Source: Macrostomum lignano
Taxonomy: Eukaryota
Direction of reading: 5' to 3'
Length of the DNA stretch: 64,000 nucleotides
Assembly (NCBI GenBank): GCA_002269645.1
Contig: NIVC01000591.1
Coordinates: forward strand, 186,001 to 250,000
The notes under the pieces are model-generated. The model saw nothing but the letters and a program-made list of their open reading frames with translations, had not been told where the DNA came from and searched no databases. Shown here one piece after another: positions 45,516-56,600 of this stretch. Position 1 is the stretch's first letter. Every line of letters starts with the position of its first letter. Made by a program: the position numbers and the translations under genes.

Positions 45516-46349
45516 TACGTTAAAGGCTTACGTGAAATCGCAGCAATGTTTATAGAAGCGTGAATGTTGCAGGTGTAGTACTCCAACTATAGTTAGTTGA
45601 ATTTGGAACTTTTTCTGGAACATTCTTGCTTCCAGAATTTTTCAATGGAAAAAGCTATAAGTCTAAAGCATTTGCAATCAAACTATTGCTAACTTTACAC
45701 AAAATTTTATTAATGAAAAACAATATCGATTTTTTAAACACTCAATTGATAGAATTCAAAGAGCCAGTGTGATACATGTTACTCACTTTGTCACGTTTAT
45801 CTCAGACCCCAGGTGCAATATCGAGCTCAATATCTTCAAGATGAGCCAGCAAGAACGGTTGCATTGGGATTCCATAAAAAGGATGAGTACAAAAACCAGC
45901 AGAGAGCAATAAAAAGTGTTCTATACTGCAGCTGTCAATCAAGCATTCAGACTCTTAGCCCTGGAATCATGCATGAATTTTTGAAGCATCCATTCCAAGA
46001 CTAACGCACTATTTGCCTTGTCTTTTAGTTGTCTTTCGGTTGTCTTTTGCCTTGTCTTTTGGCAACACGAAAGAAGATGAAGAGGGTAAAAAGTAAATTA
46101 TATGAAAAGTGCAAATCAAACTTCAAAACCCAAGCGTCGCCCAGATAGACGATTCATAAATCTCGCACGTTATTAATGGTTTCATAAATCAGATCTATAT
46201 TTGAGAACACTGCAAGAATATAAGCTAGTCTGCAAATAGCGGTATTGCATCAGCTAAGATTGCACTGCGAAGGGATAGCTAATTTTTTGTCATAAATCTT
46301 CAATTCCTTTTGGTGAATTCGGAGGTAGCAACGACAGTACTTCACTAAA

Positions 46350-47510
46350 TTAGCACTGCTCCTCAGTGGAATTAAACTGTTTCAAACTAGGAATAACTGT
46401 GAAAGCATTAAACAAAGGCCCGTGCAGAACTAAACCCTTCTGTCTGTTCTTAGACGACTTTCTCTTCTGCTTATTGGTGCTGAAGTGCCGGAAATCGTGG
46501 ACCGCAAATGTTTTCTGTGTGAGCCTTCTGTTTGCAAACCTGCGGTAAAGCAGACTATTGCAAAGTCGCCGCTGTTGGTTTTTTAAAGTCCTGTAGCGCC
46601 GAATACAGGTGTACCGGATGCGACGCTTCTGGCTCGTGTCGTAGTTCGGACTGAATTCGTCCGGCTTAAACAGGTGCACTGAGCAGTTGACCTGTTCGGC
46701 TGGGCACAGACCGAGCTGGGTGTAGTTCTCGTGCACCTGCTTCATCAGAATCGGACCCGTGATGTGAGTGGCTTCGAAGTTGGTCCTCATGCGGTTGGGA
46801 CTCGGTGAGAGGTTGCGGATCTTGGCGAGCATCTTGCACACGTAGTAGTAATAAAACGGGTGCTTTGGAATGCCGAACATCACGGCGTTCGACACCAGCG
46901 ACTTCAAGTTGTACAGGAAGACGGCGTGCTCTTCCGGCTCCTGTGCGACCATGGCGCCTCTCATCGGATTGTCGAACAGGTGCTCCATGCTCCTGACTGG
47001 GAGAGTGTCCATGTCCACGTACAGTCCTCCGAAGTGGTACAGCGCCAGTGCTCGGATGAAGTCTGACCGCTCCAACGGTGTCTGCAGCTCGCTCTCGAAC
47101 TCTTCAAGCAGCTCCGGATAGTGAAGTCGCAAAAGGCACAGAGCGTCTGCATCTCGCCACAGGTAGAACGTAAAGTTAGAGTAGCTTTCGTACCACCGCT
47201 TCAGGTAGCGCTTGTAGTTGTTGAGCATGAACTCGCTCTTGGCGGTGAAGTGAATGATTCTGGGAATCTTCAGATTTGAGGACAAGTCCTTGAACACCAG
47301 CCGGTTCTCGCATGGCAGAGCCGGAGCGCTGACGGGTGCTCGATCGCGCAGCTTGGGACCGCCGCTTGAGTTGGAGAGCGGCCGGTTTGAAGGAAAAAGT
47401 ACATCCGGGTTGAGCACAATTCTGGCTACCGACAGCAGAGTAACCCAGAGCATCAGGGACGCAGCCAGTCTGCGTTGAACGATAAGGCAGGTTAGTCGTC
47501 TCGGTTTCAT
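46350..47510 (-). CDS. GT32-family (DxD sugar-binding) glycosyltransferase, copy 1, type II membrane
   Basis: ATG 47510, N-terminal TM helix, IPRIIHFT, W.DAD, RSDFIRALALYHFGGLYVDMD, SNAVMFGIPKHPF, TGP. Intronless. Confidence 0.9.
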   Translation of the reverse strand: MKPRRLTCLIVQRRLAASLMLWVTLLSVARIVLNPDVLFPSNRPLSNSSGGPKLRDRAPVSAPALPCENRLVFKDLSSNLKIPRIIHFTAKSEFMLNNYKRYLKRWYESYSNFTFYLWRDADALCLLRLHYPELLEEFESELQTPLERSDFIRALALYHFGGLYVDMDTLPVRSMEHLFDNPMRGAMVAQEPEEHAVFLYNLKSLVSNAVMFGIPKHPFYYYYVCKMLAKIRNLSPSPNRMRTNFEATHITGPILMKQVHENYTQLGLCPAEQVNCSVHLFKPDEFSPNYDTSQKRRIRYTCIRRYRTLKNQQRRLCNSLLYRRFANRRLTQKTFAVHDFRHFSTNKQKRKSSKNRQKGLVLHGPLFNAFTVIPSLKQFNSTEEQC

Positions 47511-49539
47511 TCCGTTAAGTGGCAAGCAGCGAGCATATCTTGCATCTGACAGACATTTAACCTAAGCTAAACCAAGCTTAACTAACACTGGCTTGAATTC
47601 CATTGGCTCTGGCGCACCATTCAGTGTAGTGCCTTTCAAGGGCTGAAACGCAACAACGTTAAATCAAATAATTTAAGGAAGTAAAACAGGCATTTACTGG
47701 CTTGAGAGCTGCAGTTTTGGCAGATAGTTTATTCATGAAGGCTTAATGCTACAATTCAACTTTTGTGAGAGTTCATCTTATTAGCCAAGTCAAAGATGAG
47801 TTTGCCTGACAAGTAATGATCTTGAAAAGTCGTTCACATTCTACGGGATACTTGATCAGCCGTGCAGTAAATTATTTATAGGTTACTGCGATAAACTGCT
47901 TGAGAATTCAACTCATTTTTATTGTTTATCCGCCTCGCCAGTTCTGTACTTTTCTGGTTCACTGAGGAGACATGTTTTCCAAGAAAACTAGGTTTTTTTT
48001 CCTTTGCTTTGTTCCACTTCCTTTTTCTCAACTTTGCAATACTGAAAATTGGAAATTAAATATTTATTTTTCCATTGAGCAATAAGATAAATATGAAGAG
48101 TTAAAAATAGATAATCAATGCTCAATGTCATAAAAGCTAAAAACCATTGTCTTGCAAATAAAATCAGAATATTGGAATCAAGCAGGAATTTCTAAAAAAT
48201 ACATGCATAATTTTAACAGTTTCTCCTTCGTCTGCAAAAATATAAAATTAGCTAAAAAATACAATTGGACTACTCAAATCTGAGGGAAAACTACGTTTCT
48301 GGGAATATTTTAGGAGGTAGGTTTCACCGAAAAAGCATTACGGATCAAGATAAGAGGTTTTTTATTTTTAATTCAGTACAAAAAATGTTGGCTATCGCTT
48401 TTGATTGGAAACAGACTCATTGTTCATCTTTTGATGTCAATTGCCTTTATTATAGCTTTTCATTTTTGAAACTAGGATCCTATGTTAATTTTATATGCTG
48501 CCTACAATCCTACATGTACTGCACCGTACATGTAGTCATTATCGATTTTATGATTTTTAGCTTAATGACGGTGTAAATATGTGTAACAGCTAATAATAAA
48601 AATAGATTCACAAAACTAATGAATCTTAATGTTGTGCCATTTTTAATGATTTTTAGGCATACAACATGCACTTAGGATATAATTTCGAATGTAGTTTTTC
48701 GGTAAAAAAACGATTCCTACAAATTTCTCAAGAAACATAGTTATTTCCTGTCCTTCTGCTTGAGTAGTCTTTGCCTTAATACCCTGCGGTTGACAGCTTT
48801 GGTACAAGCATGAGAATAGGTTCTACCGGATATATGAAGAATCCACGGATGATAGAGCAAGAAGAAATTTTCTACAGAGTCGATCCGTCTGCTGTAGGGT
48901 GTCCCACCGCTGCTCAGTATGACCTGCTGCCCAAATACTCGCTCAGCGAGTATGAGTTTACCCTCTCCTGTAGCAACTGAATAATAATGCCAGAATGTAG
49001 GCATCCTGCAGTATCTTGCATGCAGGGTAGCTAGGCAAGTGTAGAAAACCTTTGTGCTAGTGTTTAATCTGGGTAGAAATCACCTTTCTTATTATTTAGT
49101 GTACATGTAAATGGACTGAATTACAGTTCTTACTGCCAGTAAACCTGCGTTCATCATTGCCAATTTAGAGGTGAACTTTTGGCACCTGCTCAGTGCCACT
49201 GCATGCCAATTATCCAGTGCACAAGATGAACCAGATCAATGCATTTGTTCACCTTATAACGACTTGTTTACTAATCAAACATTGAGTTGGTAGAATGCTT
49301 TAAAAATTCTGGCTTTATTCTCCATATTACATTTTCAGCTTCAAGCACCTCCAGTTTGGATAACCTTTATACTGAAAAATTGCAAACTTAAAGTACTACT
49401 ATAAGTGCTACAAATGCAAGTAGTAGGAAACGTTTTATGGAGACATATTTTACTAAAGCGTAAGCCACAGTGGCAGAGGGGCGCAACACGCCCCCTCCCC
49501 TAGTAAGCTGACAAAATGATTTCACACCTCAGCACCTAC

Positions 49540-50035
49540 TCTGGCGCCCTTGTGCTGGCGCCCCTTGGTGCTGGCGCCCCTTGGTGCTGGCGCCCCTTGG
49601 TGCTGGCGCCCCTTGGTGCTGGCGCCCCTTGGTGGCGCCCCTTGGTGCTGGCGCCCCTTGGTGCTGGCGCCCCTTGGTGCTGGCGCCCCTTGGTGCTGGC
49701 GCCCCTTGGTGCTGGCGCCCCTTGGTGCTGGCGCCCCTTGGTGCTGGCGCCCCTTGGTGCTGGCGCCCCTTGGTGCTGGCGCCCCTTGGTGCTGGCGCCC
49801 CTTGGTGCTGGCGCCCCTTGGTGCTGGCGCCCCTTGGTGCTGGCGCCCCTTGGTGCTGGCGCCCCTTGGTGCTGGCGCCCCTTGGTGCTGGCGCCCCTTG
49901 GTGCTGGCGCCCCTTGGTGCTGGCGCCCCTTGGTGCTGGCGCCCCTTGGTGCTGGCGCCCCTTGGTGCTGGCGCCCCTTGGTGCTGGCGCCCCTTGGTGC
50001 TGGCGCCCCTTGGTGCTGGCGCCCCTTGGTGCTGG
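49540..50035. repeat. 16-bp perfect minisatellite GGTGCTGGCGCCCCTT
   Basis: About 31 units between a GTAAGC donor-like site (49503) and a CTCAG acceptor-like site (50040). Confidence 0.97.
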
Positions 50036-50040
50036 CTCAG

Positions 50041-50420
50041 ATCTTCATCGAATTTTCATCGAGCTGGCGCTTCAAAAGCAGTTTGAGCAGCGTGAGGCAT
50101 GAGCATTGCGGAATGGGCGACGCTCGCCTCCACGCTGCGTCTTCGGACCGCCATGCAGCTAAGAGGCATGAGCAATTTTCAACTCGTTTATGTACTACAA
50201 GGGTCGACATGTTTCCTACAATATTCCATGCTGGACGAGTGTCTGTACGCTCCCAGGCTCTCCACTTCCACCTCGAAGTGTCCGTACGCCTCGGGGGTCG
50301 CCAATCTCTCGCCTATCACACCCGGCAAGCTCTGGGCAGTCCGACCCCCGAACCCCCGATCACCCCGTCTGCGGCCCACACGGACGGAAGCAAAAAATAC
50401 AACACTAGCACTTGCAACTG
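50041..50420 (+). pseudogene. Exon-like, frameshifted coding-like segment of unknown identity
   Basis: Follows an acceptor. Peptides LHRIFIELALQKQFEQREA / SIAEWATLASTLRLRTAMQLRGMSNFQLV / MYYKGRHVSYNIPCW lie in successive frames. Confidence 0.25.
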
Positions 50421-51113
50421 CAAGTACTTTTACGTGTATGAAGGAGATATTTTCCAGACTTACGAGTATAAATTCAGGTCTGAACGTGAAAACGATAGAT
50501 TAAATTATATAGCTTGAATTCTGGGATAGACTCAGATATACAGACTCAGAAAGTCAGACCAGCATGACGGCTCACACACGTGTGCTTGCCTAATTGTCTG
50601 CGGAATTGTAAAGCCTCCTGCTAGGCTGTCAGGTGATCTCAAAAACAACTCTGAAAATGAGTTTTGCTCTGAGCATTTAGCCGGGTGTGTAGACGGGTGA
50701 AGGCGTTTCTCATTATCAATACAGTTTTTTCTATCTAAATTGGTATTAAAATAAATTTTCCAGCAGCTCAAATAGTGTCTCAATGAAAAAAGTTGAAGAT
50801 AGGCAGAAAAGCACGTATCAAATAAGGAATCCAGTAAGACTGAAGATTTTGGACGATTGTCATTTTGTATTCGCTATCAATATAAAAAATGAGAAGATAT
50901 CTGAAGCATGCATATGCAGTGAGGCAGTTTAGAGACATCCTGTTTGCAATTCACGACCGTTCCACTCGAAGACACCAGCCACAAGACACCAATTAAACTA
51001 TTGCATTCACAGAAAAGAAAATATAGTACTTCATTAGATTACAAATGTACTCATACTCAGAATTGCCTCTTCTAAGCAATGAACGAAAGATTAATTGAAT
51101 CACAGTTAGGAAA

Positions 51114-52257
51114 TCAGCACTGATTCTGTGTAGAATCGTACCATTTTATCGGCGGAATGACCGTCAATATATTAAAGTAATCACTGACCAACACCTGGCT
51201 CTGATTCTTCTTCACATCTAAAGATTTTGGCTTTCGTCGGTACCCGCTTAAGTGCTGAAATTCGTGCACTGCGAGCGTCGGCAGACTGAGCCTTCTGTGA
51301 ATAAACCGACGCTCTAATAGACTGTTACAGAGCCGTCTCTGTTCTCTATTGAGCAGCTTGAAGTACCGCACGCAGATGTTTTGGATGCGACGCTTCTGGA
51401 TCGTGTCGTAGTTCGGACTGAATTCGTCCGGCTTAAACAGGTGCACTGAGCAGTTGAGCTGTTCGGCTGGGCACAGACCGAGCTGGGTGTAGTTCTCGTG
51501 CACCTGCTTCATCAGAATCGGACCCGTGATGTGAGTGGCTTCGAAGTTGGTCCTCATGCGGTTGGGACTCGGTGAGAGGTTGCGGATCTTGGCGAGCATC
51601 TTGCACACGTAGTAGTAATAAAATGGGTGCTTCGGAATGCCGAACATCACGGCGTTCGACACCAGCGACTTCAAGTTGTACAGAAAGACGGCGTGCTCTT
51701 CCGGCTCCTGTGCGACCATGGCGCCTCTCATCGGATTGTCGAACAGGTGCTCCATGCTCCTGACTGGGAGAGTGTCCATGTCCACGTACAGTCCTCCGAA
51801 GTGGTACAGCGCCAGTGCTCGGATGAAGTCTGACCGCTCCAACGGTGTCTGCAGCTCGCTCTCGAACTCTTCAAGCAGCTCCGGATAGTGAAGTCGCAAA
51901 AGGCACAGAGCGTCTGCATCTCGCCACAGGTAGAACGTAAAGTTCGAGTAGCTTTCGTACCACCGCTTCAGGTAGCGCTTGTAGTTGTTGAGCATGAACT
52001 CGCTCTTGGCGGTGAAGTGAATGATTCTGGGAATCTTCAGATTTGAGGACAAGTCCTTAAACACCAGCCGGTTCTCGCATGGCAGAGCCGGAGCGCTGAC
52101 GGGTGCTCGATCGCGCAGCTTGAGACCGCCGCTTGAGTTGGAGAGCGCCGGTGTGAAGGAAAAGTACATCCGGGTTGAGCACAATTCTGGCTACCGACAG
52201 CAGAGTAAGCCAGAGAATGAGAGACGCAGTCAGTCGGTGTAAACTAAAGCGGGTCAT
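51114..52257 (-). pseudogene. GT32 glycosyltransferase, copy 2, frameshifted just after the TM helix
   Basis: ATG 52257 (MTRFSLHRLTASLILWLTLLSVARIVLNPDVLF). Two 1-nt deletions relative to copy 1 at ~52147-52163 shift the frame; the catalytic ORF downstream is intact. Could be an assembly error. Confidence 0.75.
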
Positions 52258-52904
52258 GAGTCTGATGTGTTGGATTTCAGTTGAAAACTCCAGCATCAGA
52301 GTGTATTTCAACAGGCATTTATCTGCCTGCTGAGATAATACAATATACCTGAAAAAACACGTGAATTTCATTGGCTGCTGATGCTTGCATGGCTTCATGA
52401 CATCCCTGACGCCATTTAGTGCCCAGTCATAAATAGATGCATAATAGTGATACAAAAGGACGCTGCACTGGCTAAATCGTGCAATTTTCTACGCTGCTTT
52501 TCGCCTCAAACTCTATTAGCGATATTGGAAGCTTGCATTATCATTGTACAAGCTATAAACTTTTCCATTTAGTAATTGCAAAATTCAGCAAGTCCATTCA
52601 TGCGTATGTTTATCCGAGGTGCACTAACATGTTTTTCAAGAAAAAACTATCAAATGCATTCGAGGCTGTCAAAGCTCATAATGAAGTTGTGGTTCTTAGA
52701 TCGCACATTCTGTCTGGAAAGATTGATACATAGCGTTTCAAATTTAGTCAACTGGGTTTCCGTCTTAGGTAAAAACTCCGACTTGAGGCAGATTGTGGCT
52801 AATAATCGGCAGGAAAATGGCAGCTGATCGATGCAACTGAAGGTCAGGGGAGGGGGGTTTGCGAAGTTTGAAAACCACAAATTTTCTGCAATGAAAATAA
52901 TTAT

Positions 52905-53178
52905 TAATTGATTACACCTGCTCCAATGGGCAGATTTGCAACGGCGACAGCTCAGCCGCAGCTGCGTACGGCTGTTCAGTCCAAGGACTGGGGGGGGGGG
53001 GGGCGCAGACACCCACAATTACCCCAGCTAATGCTGGCACCAATTTTACAGCTGGATGAACTGAAGCAATGCAGAGTAAAGTTTCTTGCTCAAGGACACA
53101 AATTGTTCCTGATTGGGTCGAGAATCGAACCCCCGACCTTTCAGTCGTGAGTCCGACGCTCTAAACACTAGGCTGCAA
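52905..53178 (-). mobile_element. tRNA-derived SINE copy
   Basis: Reverse-complement match to the 56988-57282 copy, including the A/B boxes and the GTGTCCTTGAGCAAG domain. Confidence 0.85.
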
Positions 53179-53696
53179 CACTTAGAGCAATTCTTTTAGG
53201 CAATTAAGATTTTATGCAAGCTACTTGAAGTAACAACTGTAAAAAAGCTATGTGCTGCTAGTCAGAGTCTACTTATATAAATTTTTTTAGAACTACAGCC
53301 TTTGAGTGCTAAATAATTTAAATGCATTCTGTTCATCTGCAATGAAGTTTAAGACGAGCGCGAGCATTGCTTTACATATATAATCGCGTAACATTTAAAA
53401 ATCCGCCCATTTCATCACAAAGTTTTGGCGATCGCTGAAAAATTAATGAGTCAGCCGCTTGGATCTGTCTTGGCAGAGCTTGAACTGAAAACAGTTTTTG
53501 TTAGGATGAAGTCGATATGCGATGCAGGATGTTGGACCTGAATTTAGGACAAGTAAAGTATCCTGTCCTGTCCTGCCCAATTTGAGTTTCCCAGTTTCCA
53601 CTAGACTCACAAGGCTGGGAAGTCTCTAGACTTAGAGAAATACCCGGGCTTTCCGCGCATCCTAATTCAAACGCTGGGAGGCCTTGACGGCAAGAA

Positions 53697-56600
53697 ATGG
53701 ACGACTATAGCAGCAAAAATGAATCAGACCAACAACGTGCCGAGGACAACGGAAATCGTAGAAACTTTTACAGGTGAATTTCATGAAAATCTGGTGATAC
53801 CTCTGGTTGTACGCAAAGTTTTCTTAATTTGAATTCGCTAGCGACCATTCGCTTGCAGACGCCTCGCTGGCCTCGTCACGTTTGACGAGTCGCTCAATGC
53901 AGTCGATCTGGATGACAGGCCTCAGCAGATGTCAACCGTCAGGCGCTCAAGTCGCCAGTCGGTCAGCCGGGCCGGTGTCCTGGAGAACCTTCGGCTTCAA
54001 CTGAGCAGCAACTCTCGACAGTCGTCTGGGGATAATTTAGTCCAGGCCTACCTGCTTCAGCGGCAGGCCTCTCTGACGGCTTCCCTGTCGTCGTCCGCAG
54101 GCGGCGGTACGCTGCTGAGTGACAGCCTGCAGCGGGCGCGGCTTGGCTACCTGATTCAGGAGCGCCAGCTCTCCTGCTCTCTGCGACGGAGGCGATCTTC
54201 GGCTTACAGACGCGAGAACAGCCTGTCAGTGATGGTTGCCAGGCAGAAACCCGGCGACTCAATTCGGGAAGAGCTGGGCTGCGACAGCGAAGAATTGGAA
54301 GCAAAGAGGCAGCGAATGGTAATGCAGTTTGATACGAATTTTACCTGCTAAGCCTTTTATTTTTAATTTATTTTGGGGGGGGGGTGGTCGTGCACGAAAT
54401 TGACAGCCATGAAAGCCAACTACCCAAGGCACAGAGAGTGTACACGTCTGACGATCGACGCAGAATTGCCTTCAACGCTGATTGATTGTCACCAGTCAAT
54501 TGTGAAGATGTCACCAAAAGGCGTTGCGCTAGGGTGTCTACAGCCCTCTTTTATTATTCGTCATAACTGGCCATTCGAAGGTATCTTTTGAATGCAGACA
54601 TTTTCCATAGCCTACACCTCGTCATTTTGCATTTTTCAGAAGCAGCTGCGGCTTCAGTTGAACTTTTACTATCGTCTAGTGATTGCCGTGTTCAGGCTGT
54701 GCTGTCAACACCGTCTGACTTGGTGAGAAATCTATCTTGTTCATAATCGTGTCGATTTATACCATCTTCAAATTGAATTTTCTTGCTCTGTATGAAACAG
54801 AAAGTCAGACCGTAGCCCCGTGGTCTAGCGTAGATCTCTATATGCGTATTTGCCAGCGGCCCAGGCTCGATTCCAAGTGCAGTCACATTAATTTGGAGCT
54901 GAATTGGAATATCGGCTTGGCTCTGCTCGTGCAATTAACGGCCTTGAGGGCCAACCCCCAAGGCACAGTGAAGTGTACATGCCTAACGATAAATAAAGTT
55001 TGTGCCGCTGTACACTCCTGTGTGAGTGTGTGCCTGTTCGTATGACTGCGTACGTATCCGCCCGCTCGTGTGCCTGCTCAGGGTAGTCTTTATAAAAGAG
55101 CTGTCGCCAATCCCCTCGTTGCAGCCGCAGATTGGGCAACACGTTCCGCTCGCAGCAGCAGACCATAGACTTGAGCCGCAGCAGCAACAGTAGCTTCGGC
55201 GGCGGTCGCTACTCGGTGTTCAACAAGGCCGAGTTCAAAGCCAACCGGCAGATGCGGCTGTCAGCTGAGACGCGAAGAGTTTTGGCCAAGTGTCCGGAGG
55301 AGCGCAGTGAGGAAGAGATTAACTATGTTAGTGACATCGGGCGGAGTTAATGCAAATCAAAAGTGCAGGATGTTTTTTGGCAAATCTAAAAAGCTTATTG
55401 CTATCGGGGGATGCTTTGCTCGGGGGAATAGCTGTGTCAAGTCTGGGAGGGAATTGCTAAGATGTCACGGCTTACTGGGGAATTGCTAAGATGTCAGGGC
55501 TTGCTGAGGAATTGCTGAGATGCCAAGGCTTGCTGGGGGGAATTGCTGAGATGTCAAGACTTGCTGAGGAATTGCTGAGATCTCAAGGCTTGCTGGGGGA
55601 ATTGCTGAGATGTCAAGAATTACTGGGGGAATTGCTGAGATTTCAAGGCTTGCTGGGGAATTGCTGAGATGCCAAGGCTTGCTGGGGAGAATTGCTGAGA
55701 TGTCAAGACTTGCTTAGGAATTGCTGAGATGTCAAGACTTGCTGAGGAATTGCTGAGATCTCAAGGCTTGCTGGGGGAATTGCTGAGATGTCAAGAATTA
55801 CTGGGGGAATTGCTGAGATTTCAAGGCTTGCTGGGGGAATTGCTGAGATGCCAAGGCTTGCTGGGGAGAATTGCTGAGATGTCAAGACTTGCTGAGGAAT
55901 TGCTGAGTTGTCAAGGCTTGCTGGGGAGAATTGCTGAGATGTCAAGACTTGCTGAGGAATTGCTGAGTTGTCAAGGCTTGCTGGGGGAATTGCTGAGATG
56001 TCAAGGCTTGCTGCGGGGAATTGCTGAGATGTCAAGGCTTGCTGCGGGGAATTGCTGAGATGTCAAGGCTAACGGGGGAATTGCTCAGAAGTCAAGGCTT
56101 GCTCGGGGGAATTGCTGAGATGTCAAGGCTTGCTGGGGGAATTGCTGAGATATAAAGGCTGAAGTCAGGAGATACATGTAGTTTACTTAAAATTAATTCT
56201 TTTATTACATTCTTTTTGTTCTCTTCAACGGGGGGCGTATATTGCTACTCTAAAAGGCTTACAAATGAATTCAGCAAAATGAAAGGACCTTTGGTGAGTT
56301 TGTATGTACTACTTCATTAAATAATAAATGTTACTTGAAGGCCCAAAGTTAAGAAAAACTTGTGTGAAAAATTCAATCAGCAAAAGTGCTAGCTTTTATG
56401 TCTGTAATAAAAATATGAGACCGTATAAACAGGAGGCAGTACTGGCTAAACCCCGACATTTTGTAAATCCGTGAACTGCTCATTTCCAGGCGGTGATTGC
56501 GCTCAGAGGCATTCAGCAGCTGGCTGACTATCCGGTGCGGATGCAGCGGAATCTAGCCCGAATGGGAGTGCTGGAAAGGTAAACTCGCGGTGGCTTGATT

